Assembly (NCBI GenBank): GCA_976551045.1 | Contig: CDPCPM010000060.1 | Span: 3,348,001-3,412,000, forward strand | Length of the DNA stretch: 64,000 nucleotides | Origin: Glaucostegus cemiculus | Taxonomy: Eukaryota | Direction: 5' to 3' | In this document: in pieces, positions 37,839 through 49,078 of the stretch | Layout: the number at the start of each line of letters is the position of its first letter | How positions within the stretch are numbered: the stretch's first letter is position 1 | Notes under the pieces: generated by a model | What the model saw: only the letters and a program-made list of their open reading frames with translations | What the model was told of the DNA's origin: nothing | The model's database searches: none | Translations under genes and position numbers: made by a program

Positions 37839-40698
37839 GCTTAGAGAGATAGATTTTAGGCCTAGAAGGACACGAAGGGTAATGAGAATCAGGCAGGATA
37901 GTGGCCAAGGATAATATCAAACATTATCTGTTTGGATGACAGTGCAGGCTCGAGGGCCTATTTGGCCTTTTCCTGCTCCCACTTCTGATGTAAGTTGAAC
38001 TTGGAATTTCTAGGTAACCACTTGGGAGATAATGATATATAAAAAAAATGAAAGAAATGGGTTATTAAAAAGCTGAATAAATCACAGGGAATTTATTGTC
38101 CAGAGTGATTGGATAAAATGCTTCTTCTCAATTCCATTCTTATTCTAAATACAACAGCACAATTTCATCTTATTTCTTAGCATTAAGAAGGCCAGTGCTT
38201 CCTCCAGCGGTAATTTTGTAGTGACCACGTTCCAACTAGTTCACAGTGCACTACTTTCAAGCTTTAGGTATTTGTGACATCAGTGGCTGGGACAAAATGC
38301 TACCAGGCTAACAATTTGACTGGTTTGTTCATCACTAAATCCTCACAATTATGTGATCTGTCATGATTTCAAACATACATTAGAGTGCGGGATCTGTCTA
38401 GTATCTGTGCTATTGATTCTGACTTTTGGGGAAAAAAAGGTTGGTGATTTTGAACTGGTGTTCATGATTGTGGAACACTCTTCTGGGGTATTTTCAGGAA
38501 CTATAGGATGAAAAGTAAAGTGGTAAATGGAAAATGGATAGAATTATCACCATTTCCTAGATATTAAATGCAAATATGATGTTATATACCAATACATTGA
38601 GTCTTATAAGAAGAAAATATTCTTTCTGAATTGCACAATGTGAATGTATTTCTCATATTAGAAAGCTTTCTGCTGAACCACCTGTTGTGCCCAATTGCAG
38701 CAGAAGCCTGAATGTACACTTTGTTCAGCCTCTGTACTTGACTGGTTACCTCAGGCTGGTAGCTCTCACCTGATCTTTTAAGGGCATATTGCCAATCATT
38801 GACACTGAATCTGCTTAAAATAAGTCTGGATCATTGTGTGTTAAAGAGCCGCTGAGACTGCTGGTGCAACACATGGAGTTGCTCCATTAAGAGAATCATT
38901 AATGGATTGTGTGCCACAGCACAGTCATCTTAAGCAGCTGCCTTATGCTTGGAAGCTAGCTGAAAAAATACATTGAAGTCCCAAATGTGCCCTTGTCAAT
39001 GGGAGATCTAAATGAATACATCTAGAACTCTACTGCGTTGATCATTATATCCCACAAGTAGGTTAAAAAACGGGGCTACAAATATTTACTTCAGACGGCC
39101 TGAATCCCTGGCAGTGTACCTTGTTAGCACCAGCTCTGTGGTGTACTAAACAAAATGCAGCAAAAATATAATTTACACATTACAGTTCTGTACAGTCAGA
39201 GCACTTAAGAAAATGGAACATTTTAGAAAAATTTGCACTTGGCAGTAAGAAGATGATAAACACAGTAACAGGATTAACCTTTCCCTGACTCATTCTGCTC
39301 CTTCCCCCCTCAACCTTTTGCATGCCTTTAAAGATGGTTGAAGGTCAAAGGTTATGAATAAGGCTCATTCTCTGTAAGTGCTTTATTACCACTCATTTAG
39401 TTTAAAATGTAATTCCAAATGAACCTACCTGTATTTCTAATTCAGGGTGCTTGCACAAGATCATTAATTTGGCTGATTCTTAATGAAATTGAACTACAAC
39501 TTTCTGACAGGTTGTAACAGATTTCATTTTAAAAAACACATTCAAATCATAGATTCTTCTTAATTGCCAAATTTATTTTGTGAATTTTGGAGTTTTTGCA
39601 ATATTTGTCTTATCTGTTGCCTTCTATCCCCTCCTCCCACTTGTCTCGTTCTGCCTCTTTTCTTCACTCCCCTTGTTTCTTTTCATCTTTCATTTTTCCT
39701 TTTCAAATCATCTCTGTATTAAATTATGTAGGATGCTGAAAACATTGAATGACAGCAACTTCAGAAGGCCCTCTCATCTTGCACCAGGTTGAAGCAATTA
39801 TACAAGTAAATCTCAGCCCACAAATGTCACAAATTGTAAAATGTTGATCTTTAGCCAAAATGTTGCTAATCAAGAATAGGTTTATGTTTTAAAGTAGTGC
39901 CAGAAAGCCATAAAAACATCACAACCTGATCAGGTTAAAATAAGAACTTAGAAATAAGCAGATGCTTTAATGGGTCTGAGCAGTCTACAGTTTAGTGACT
40001 CCCTGCTGCAGGTAATCTCACAAAGAAATAAAAGCATTTCAAGTTCCCCACAACTGCCTAGATGGTTCAAAAATCCTACCCAGTGTACCATCAGGATGCA
40101 CAGACCAGGAGGCTCCTGAGTTGATCCCCAGCTTATCTCAGCCAGGCCAGCAGTAAATACAAGATGCAAAGAAACCTTGGCTGTGGGGAAGTATTTAGAA
40201 ACGATAATAGGAAAAAAAATTAACAGGCTCATGGAGAAGTTTCAGCTAAAAAGGGAGAGCTAGCACAGATTTATTGAAAGCAAATTGTGTTTGATTAACC
40301 TGAATGAAGTTTTTGGTAGTGTTTCAGGAAAACTTGACAAAGGGAATTCAGTAGATGTCTACATGGATTCTTAAGAGGTATTTGAGAAAGTCCCACACAG
40401 AATGCTGGTTAGCAAAACCGAGGTCCAGGAAAATAAAAAGTTGATAGCAGTGTTGATAGCAAATTGTGTTATAGACAAAGAATACAGAGTGTAGGTGGAA
40501 GATTATTTCTCAAACCAAAGAATAGGGACATTGGTGTTTCCTTGGGGTCAGTAAATAATAAAGGCTTAGACATGGGTATGCAGAATAAATTGGCAAATTT
40601 GTGATGATACAAAGCTTGGAAGTGTGACAAACAGGGGGGAAGATAGTACATCTTTTTGCAGTCTATCAGTTGGCTGAATGGGCAGACAAGTGACAGAT

Positions 40699-41407
40699 CA
40701 GAATCAGAATCAGTTTTATTGTCACAACCATATACAGACATAGTATGCGTAGGAGCGAGATACCGTCCTCCTCAGGTGCTCGTCCCATTAAATAACAAAC
40801 AGCAGAGACACACAGACACACTGAACAAAAAAAAACATTAAAAACTACGAAAGTTCGAATTAAATTAAATACAGCAGGTTAAATTAAATACGGCAGGTAA
40901 TTAAATAAATAGTTATTAAAGTGAATGAGCTGGTGGTGAGCATTTAAAGTGCTGGTGCATTTCTGTGAACCTAGCATCCCTTAGTGTTAACAAGGAAGAC
41001 GGAGGAATGAGAGAGTTTGCAGTTCTGATGGCTTGCGGAAAGAAGCTATTGCTCAGCCTGGTTGTTCTCGCCCTGATACATTTGAGCCTCCTTCCAGATG
41101 GCAAAATTGTAAAGAGATGATGGGAGGGGTGAGAAGGATCCGCCATTATATTTTTGGTCTTCCTAAAACAACAGTCCTTGTATATGTCTGTGATGGATGG
41201 AAGAGAGACACCTATGATCCTCTCCGCAGCCCTAACTATCCTCTGGAGGGACTTCCGCCCAGCAGCTGAGCAGCTTCCAAACCAAACAGTGATACATTGG
41301 GTTAAGATGCTCTCAATGGTCCCTCTATAGAAAGTTTTCATAACTGAGGGATGAGATTTCGCTTTCCTCAGTCTCCGCAAGAAGTAGAGGTGTTCCTGGG
41401 CCTTCTT
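40699..41407 (-). mobile_element. Rex1/Babar-clade non-LTR retrotransposon, 5'-truncated (copy 1)
   Basis: ORF 40916-41440 gives KKAQEHLYFLRRLRK..FYRGTIESILTQCITVWFG..LQRIVRAAERIIG..DPSHPSHHLF..LPSGRR..NSFFPQAIR. Has a (TTCTGA)n tail. Confidence 0.9.
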
Positions 41408-42039
41408 AAACTTAATATAGAAAATTATGTAAAGATGCACTTTAGCTCAAAGAATGAGAGATATAGTCTAAATGGCATGGATTGAATGGGTGTGTGGGAA
41501 CAGAAGAAACTGAGTACGTATGTGCAAAAATCTTTGAAGTGGAATGGCATATTGAGAGAGTGGCTAATAAAGCAGAGAATCCTGGGAATCATAAATAAAG
41601 GCATAGAGTACAATAGCAAGGAAGGTATATTGAACCTATTTAAAATACAGGTTTGGGCACAACTGGAATATCATGTCCAATTCTGATCACCCAACTTTAG
41701 AAAAGAAGTGAAAATCCAAGAAAGGCCCAGGCTAAGTTTCTAGAATAGTTCCAGGAGTGAGGGATTTCAGCTCTAAGGTTAGATCGGGGAAGTGGTGTTT
41801 CTCTGCTTACAGCTGAAGGAGATTTGATGCAGATATGTGACTGGCTTAGGTGGTAAACACAGGGGAGCTGTTCCCATTAATGGATGGTTCAAGGACTGGG
41901 AGGACAGATTAAAAAAAATTGGGCATAAGGATATGAGGAGTATGTGAGGAAGAACATGTTTACATCATAATAGTCAGGATCTGGAATTTAGCAAGGGCTT
42001 TTGAAAGGAAATGAGATGGTATTTGAGAGAGTATAATTT

Positions 42040-43167
42040 CAGAATCAGTTTTTATTGTCACAACCATATACATACATAGTATGCATAGGAGCGAGATACC
42101 GTCCTCCTCAGGTGCTCGTCCCATAAAATAATATAACAACCAACAGAGACACACATACACACTTGACAGAATAAACATTACAAAACATTAGACATTAAAA
42201 GCTACGGAAGTTAAAATTAAATTAGTACGCAGATTAAATTAAAAATGGCCGGTAAATAAATAAATAGTTATTAAAGTGAACGGGCTGGTGGCGGGCATTT
42301 AAAGTGTTGGTGCATTTCTGTGCACCTAGCATCTCTTAGTGTTAACAAAGGAAGATGGAGGGATGAGAGAGTTTGCAGTTCTGATGGCTTGCGGAAAGAA
42401 GCTATTGTTCAGCCTGGTCGTTCTTGCCCTGATACATTTAAGCCTCCTCCCTGATGGCAAAATTGTGAAGAGGTGGTGGGAGGGGTGAGAAGGGTCGGCC
42501 ATTATGCTTTTGGTCTTCCTCACACAACGGTCTTTGTGTCATCGGCAAATTTAACAATGCAGTTGGAGCTGGATCTGGCCTCACAGTCGTGAGTCAACAA
42601 GGTGAACAGGAGCGAACTGAGCACACAACCCCATGGGGAGCCAGTGCTCAGTGTGATGGTGCCTGAGGTGTTTTCACCAATTTTGACTGACTGCGGCCTG
42701 CAAGTTAGAAAATCCAGTATCCAGTTGCAGAGAGGAGAGTTAATGCCCAGAGCGCTCAACTTCCTGATTAGCTGTTGCGGGATGATGGTATTGAAAGTGG
42801 AGCTGAAGTCGATGAATAGCAGTCGGCAGTATGAGTCCTTCTTCTCTAAGTGATATAGTGCAGAGTGCATGGCAGAGGAGACTGCATCATCAGTGGACCT
42901 GTTTGCCCAATAAGCATACTGATGAGGATCCAGGGATGGGGGGAGGATGGCTCTAATGTGCTTCATAACTAGCCTCTCAAAGCATTTCATGACAATCGGT
43001 GTTAGAGCTATGGCACGGTAGTCATTCAGACACATTGGAGGAGACTTCTTGGAGACAGGTATGATGGTGGCAGATTTTAGGCACTTAGGAACAACAGCCT
43101 GCTGTAGGGAGATGTTAAAGATGTCAGCCAGTACATCTTTAAGCTGGTCCGCACAGTCCCTAAGTCC
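42040..43167 (-). mobile_element. Rex1/Babar-clade non-LTR retrotransposon, 5'-truncated and internally deleted (copy 2)
   Basis: ORF 42520-43035 gives RT motifs [47 protein letters not shown]-terminus in 42326-42523, TTCTG tail, TSD ATAATTT at 42033-42039 and 43168-43174. Confidence 0.92.
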
Positions 43168-43841
43168 ATAATTTGCATGGGCATGGGAAGAGCGAAGGGC
43201 AATGGGATTACCAGCAGTGTTCTATTAGGAGCTGGCATATCTGGGCTGAATGGCCTCCTTCTGAACCATAATCACTCTCTGTTGTCGCAATTGTTTTTGA
43301 TTCTGAAAGTTAGTGGGCATAGTGAAAAGGCAAAATTGATATGAGCAGGAGAAGGACAGAATATTACAAAAAAAATCCAGTATTGAAATTCCAGTTCATT
43401 ATCTGGTAGTATGTGTTGAAAGGTATGATCTCTGATTGATGAGAATTGGGTTGTGCTATTGTAACATTGTCCATTGGTCTTGACTGTCCGTCCTCAAAGA
43501 CAAACTATCAACACTTGTGAGGTGCTGATTTGGGAAGAACTGCAATTGCAACATATACCTCCCGGCTGAGGGGGTGGGTGGAAGGAGACAATGTAATAGT
43601 AATCTTGGAACTAATTAGTTGGATGTTCTTTAATGATGACTACTCTAGCAATCTCCCAGTTCATCTGAGTAAAAGAGCCTTGGCTTTCCACCTGGCATTG
43701 AAATATTTGGTGAATGTTCTGAATTCCCAAAAGATTTCATTAATATTTAATATTGTTCTTTTAAGAATTTGTTATTCAGACTCACGATAAATGAAAAATG
43801 ATAAATGAATATTCATGAAAGGTTAAAAACTAATTTCAAAT

Positions 43842-44667
43842 TGTTACAAAACCAGTAACAAAAGAAGCACACCATCTCATACTTCAGTGTTAAAACTACT
43901 TTATTAATAACTACATCCGATAATACGTAAAATAAGAATAAAAATTTAGTATGTTAGTACAAAACAAAATATTAGAATCTTAAACTATAACCCCAAAACT
44001 ACTCGTTGTGTGTGCGTGTCGAATTCCTAAACTCAAAGTCCAGGAATTAGTTCTTACAGTTCAGTTTAGTAAGCCGTAAGATGAAACTCGAATAAAGGCT
44101 TCTTCACAAGCACTGTCCACCGAAGACAAAACATAGATATAGAGAGAGATTAGAGAGGAATCACGAAATCCGAATGTTCCACTCGTTATTCAAACGACAC
44201 TTCAGGGCTTACTCAGTAGTGACTTTCTCACCCTGAAAACTCCTTGATCGTGACTGTCCATGCAAATACCTGTGTTCTTCTACAGGTTAGCAGCAAAGTG
44301 AATTCCGCCACTTTGTTCCATAGTATCTGCCACTCTGAAGAGCATCCAAAATGTGGTTGTCCACGCAAACACCTGTGTCCTTCTACAGGTTACCAACAAA
44401 GTGAACTCCACTGAACTACTCCAGAAATCCATCCACGGATTTTAGTGACAAACACAGTTACTGTCCTTCATCCATTGACAGAAACAAAACAGGCTGCCGT
44501 CTCTCCTTCCTGTCTCTCTTTGTCTGTCTGTCTCTCTCTCCTCTCTTTTTCTTTCTTGTAATGACCTCATCACGTTAGTCTTATCTTCTGTTGACGTAAT
44601 ACGCTGCACACACACACAATGTCCCATCTTAAAGGGATATTTGCCTATAGTAAGCTACTTCGTAACA
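43842..44667 (-). mobile_element. 3' LTR of a Gypsy retrotransposon
   Basis: Termini TGTTAC...GTAACA (6-bp inverted, TG..CA). PPT-like GTGGGAGG lies immediately upstream on the minus strand (44668-44675), with a minus-strand AATAAA near 43900. Confidence 0.85.
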
Positions 44668-44792
44668 CCTCCCACACAAACAAAATTTTTTTCCCCAAAA
44701 AATTATTACCCGCGCAAATAGTTAGTGATGTTAATAGTTATCATCCTACATAATAACAGTATATCAGATTAGTAACAATACAGGTCTTTCGT

Positions 44793-45184
44793 TTAACATT
44801 GAGAAAGGCAATCAGCAATCACATTATCTTTGCCTTTAATGTGAATTATCATGAGGTCAAACTCTTGCAGAATTAAACTCCAGTTTAACAGCCGTCTGTT
44901 TTTGTTTTTCACTCGGCTCAGAAACACTAACGGATTATGATCTGTGTATATAATCAACGGTTTCTGAGTTGTGCAAACATACACATTGAAATGTTGTAAG
45001 GCTAAAACAAGTGAAAGCAATTCTTTCTCTATGGTAGAGTAATTCTTCCGGTGCTCATTAAACTTTTTTGAAAAGTAAGCTACAGGATGGTCAATATCAT
45101 CAAGGTCACTCTTCTGCAACAACACAGCTCCTGCAGCTTCATCACTGGCATCTACTGCTAATGAAAATGGCTTTTCAAAGTCAC
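44793..45184 (-). pseudogene. Gypsy pol RNase H domain (C-terminal fragment)
   Basis: DFEKPFSLAVDAS..GAVLLQ..VAYFSKKF..NYSTIEKELL..YTDHNPL..WSLILQEF..HIKGKDNVIADCLS*. Confidence 0.92.
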
Positions 45185-46626
45185 TAAGATGCATTTAATG
45201 AAAATGGACAATGACAGTGACTTGTATGAATTACAGTAAATAAATTGTTTATTTGTACTCCTATACAATATTTTTGTATCAAACATAACATGTTCTGTTA
45301 TTTGGCAGAATAAAGCTTTTTAAATGTACCATGTGGCATTATGATAGTGGGATAGTAAAAGTGGCTTTGCCTCAAACAAATGGTCAATTGGCAAATTCTC
45401 TGCTCAGTGTACTATTGATCCATAAATGCCAGCAAGATCTGTTGGCTAGTTAGTTGATTTCAGTCTGGTTGGTATAATGGCTCCCCCACAGATGTTTTTT
45501 TCATGTCTTCCAAGGGGAGGAAACATCAATCAGGATTCCTGATCCAGTTGCCATCCACTGAAACCTGCTGAAAAAAAACATTTGTATGAATACTGCCAGA
45601 GGGAAGGTAACTTGTCTAATTTCATTTTTAAGCCAAAGATGTCAGTACGCAGTTTGGTCACGTGAAGTATTGCAGTCTCGCTGAATTTGACTCTCACTTT
45701 GTATGCAAATGCTTACTTCCTAGTGTCACTGAATAGCATTCAGAACTAGTCATCCCAGTTGATTTCTCTTCCCTCCCAACTTCAGAAACCAATTCCAGCA
45801 ACAAGTATTACAATTGGCTCAGATTATTAAAGCAATGATTATTTTTTAAAACTATGATCCATTTATACTTCACAATAACTATACACAGTATTTTAAAAAT
45901 TTGAGAAATTATTCCATTCCCCTTACTCATAGCTTGCTAAGCACAAAGCAAGTGTCTTGTGCGAGACAAGAAAAGGGAAAAAGGCATTGCAAAGTGTAAT
46001 GAGCAAGAACCAGGTACTTATTTTTAGCCCATTTTACTGCCTCCGCACAGTCTGTTTAAACTTACTTTCATGTAGTAATAACTAGGATTTAAGTGAGTTG
46101 CTCAGTTATCTGCTTATCTTGAATTCCAGTGCCAGTAATGAGCCTGGAGTTAAAACAGCTCACTGGCCTGACCAGCTATCAGTTTTACCTTTCTTTACAT
46201 TTATTTCTTTTTGATACATCCTTTACACCTACATCCTCCACTCTATAGAGTCTCGCACTCCCAGAGAAATGACTGCTAGATCTTTCTTTTACTTTTCAAA
46301 TCTTTCTATAGTGTTCCAGCCTATTGGAGTATTTGTTTGTACTGCCCACCTCTGCAATCCTCACCATAGATTACCCTTCTGTACCACAAACTTCGTTCCA
46401 TTGATGGACACTCATTCATTTTGCCTCTGCTTCCAATTCTCCTTTTCCAAATTTCTGTTTCTCTAAAAACCTCCTATAGTTCTCCTCTCCAAACGCTTAT
46501 TTACTTTTCCCCCTTCTGCTCACCCACATTCCTCTACCTTGTGAAGTTCTTTGAGATAGTTTTTTTTACAGCAGGAACACAATGGAAACAAACTACTGTT
46601 GATTGTCAACTGTTGTAGTGCTTTGT

Positions 46627-47670
46627 AAAGCTTCAAAACCTGGGCCTCTGTACCTCCCTCGCAACTGGATCCTCGACTTTCTTATCGGAAACTATAGTCA
46701 GTGCAGATCGGTAACATCATTTCCTCCTTGCCGACAGTCAACACAGGTGCACCCCAAGGATGCGTGCTTAGCCCACAGTTCTACTGTCTCTACACTCATG
46801 ACTATGTGGCTAGGCACAGCTCAAATGTCATCTATAAATTTGCTGATGACACCACTGTTGTTGGTAGAATCTCAGATATCAATGAGGAGGCTTACAGGAG
46901 TGAGATAGATCAGCTGGTTGAGTGGTGTCTCAACAACAATCTTGCACTCAATGTCAGCAAGACCAAGGAATTGATTGTGGACTTCAGGAAGAGGAAATCA
47001 GGAGAACACACACCAGTCCTCATGGAGGGGTCAGCGGTGGAATGGGTTAGCAGCTTCAAGTTCCTGGGTGTCAACATCTTGGAGGATCTATCCTGGGCCC
47101 AGCACATTGATGCAATCACAAAGAAGGCATGCTGGTGTGGCTCTACTTCGTTAGGAGTTTGAGGAGATTTGGTATGTCACCAAAGACTCTTGAAAATTTC
47201 TATAGGTGAACAGTGGAGAGTATTCTGACTGGCTACATTACAGCCTGGTGTGGAGGCTGCAATGCAGAGGATTGCAAGAGGCTGCAGAGTGTTGTAGACT
47301 TAGCCAGCTCCATCATAGGCACAACTCTCCCCACCATCAAGGACATCTTCAAGAGGCGTTGCCTCAAAGAGGGTAGCATCCATCACTAAGGATCCTCACC
47401 ATCCAGCACATGCTCATTACTACCTTCAGGGAGGAGGTACAGGAGCCTGAAGACCCACACGCAACAATTTAGGAACAGCTTCATCCCCTCCACCATCAGA
47501 TTTCTGAACTGTCCATGAACACTACTTTGTTATACTTTTTTTTGGGAGCTCCATTTATTTATTTATTTTGTAATATATAGTAATTTCATGTCTTTGCACT
47601 GTACTTCTGTTGCAAAACAACAAATTTCACAACATATGTCAGTGATACTAAAGCTGATTCTGATTCTGAT
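46627..47670 (+). mobile_element. Rex1/Babar-clade non-LTR retrotransposon, 5'-truncated, frameshifted (different subfamily)
   Basis: [55 protein letters not shown]. Has a (TTCTGA)n tail and a candidate TSD TGCTTTGT (46619-46626) / TGCTTGGT (47670-47677). Confidence 0.93.
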
Positions 47671-49015
47671 GCTTGGTTTTATTAGAAGCTTCTAGGAGCA
47701 GACGTTTCTTTAATCCAAGGTCAGCAGTCATCTAGACTACACTTTCTTTCTCGTATGTTCCAGGCTGCAGCTTTCCATCGGGAGCTTTTCTCCTGATATA
47801 TCAGCACAGTGCAGGACATCTCCCAAAGCAAGTGACTGGCTGCAAGGACAGAAATGTTATTAACAGCAGTGAGGTCCCTCTCCAGTCTTTCTGGTCATCT
47901 GGATGCTGGCCATTAAACCTCCCACTGAAAATGAATGTGAAGGTCTTTGATATTCACAAACATTCATTATCACTCAGGACCTGAAAATTTTACTTACCTT
48001 TTCTCCCAGCAACCAATTTCTTCCATTAATTTCATGGGGCTCACTACGTTTGCTCCAGTTTAATCAGGTGTGGGTTTAGTGGGAAATTTTCAGAGGTTTA
48101 AGCTGTCCAATAAGACTCCATTAAGACTCCTTCAACCAGCAATGCAGAAGACCCACAACTTGGGCTCTGCTGTGTGGAAGACCTCTGTTTCAGAATTGTC
48201 CAGATGAGGGTACATCTGCTGGCAGATCCATTGCAGATCTCAGCAAAAGACTTGCCTTAGTATATACATTGAAATACTGTTGTTTGTAGTTCTGACATAA
48301 TATGCTGTCTTTTAAGTTATCGTAGGTCAAAACCTACACTCAAGCTTATGCTATGTTTCTAATGCTACATTGTTGTTCATTATGTTCAGCACCGATCATC
48401 ATTCCACCAGTTAGAAGGAATAAGCTAAAAGCCCTGTGATGCCCATCTATTTTAATCAATATGTTAATTGTCCTTTCACCATATCCCTGAATCTTTCAAT
48501 CTGCAGATACACATTTACTTGCAAATTTGATGTCCTTTAAATATGCAATGCTGCAACCTTTAGAATTAATTGCCTCTGGTAGGGAACAGGTTAATATGTT
48601 TTGTGGAAAGTGTAAGACTTAACATAATTCTCAAGCATTTTAGAAATAAGTAGGTTAATGACTACATTAAAATAATGCACATAGAATGCTATCAGAGGAA
48701 AATTAATTTCTTAGTGGTTCAAAATTTTGTCTGACTTTAAATCACTAAAATTCCAATTTTTAATTTAACATCTAATTTCTCTTCTTCCCCACACAAAGAC
48801 CCCTCATGCACAAAACGCCTATTCACACCCTCCCCGAACACAAACCACATATACCAAATGAACTTTTCATCCCAGTATTTTGCTTGCCTGAACTGAATGT
48901 TCAAATTAACCAATCAGCAAAATCCAACTAGCTTCATTGGTTAAGGGAATCAAGAGTAAGTTTTGCACAATGATTTTTTTCAAACTTGCATTAACCTGTG
49001 TGACTAAAATGCAAT

Positions 49016-49078
49016 GATAAGATCTTTATTAGTCACGCTGTAAAGTGTTGTGCTAACCACTATGCTACCGTGCCGTCC
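49016..49078 (-). mobile_element. SINE reduced to head + tail
   Basis: Minus strand GGACGGCACGGTAGCATAGTGGTTAGCACAACACTTTACAGC is joined to GTGACTAATAAAGATC. Both parts resemble the ends of the SINE at 63712-64000. Confidence 0.7.

Larger units (their letters stand above)
37200..37990 (+). mobile_element. CR1 3' end split by a Penelope-like insertion
   Basis: TCTAGAACTAAAG...ACTGAGAGGAGGAAGAACTTATTCC...TTCAAGGCTCAGACAGATAG resumes at GAGATAGATTTTAG...GCAGGCTCGAGGGCC..TGGCCTTTTCCTGCTCC. Confidence 0.75.
40130..43275 (+). mobile_element. Old CR1 LINE (RT domain to 3' UTR) in three pieces: ~40130-40698, ~41408-42039, 43168-43275
   Basis: Decayed CR1 RT motifs (QHGF..GKSCLTNL, VD..YMDF..AF.KVPH, KFADDT-like AAATTTGTGATGATACAAAG, ILGIINKGIEY, LEYHVQF) and a 3' end GGGCTGAATGGCCTCCTTCTG. 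The pieces are collinear once the two inserts are removed. Confidence 0.85.

Noticed and set aside
40916-47162. RT, RNase H and neighbouring ORFs as a novel retron-like or multi-gene RT system
   Set aside because: They belong to separate, truncated, nested CR1, Rex1 and Gypsy insertions, each with its own tail, TSD or LTR. None is full length.
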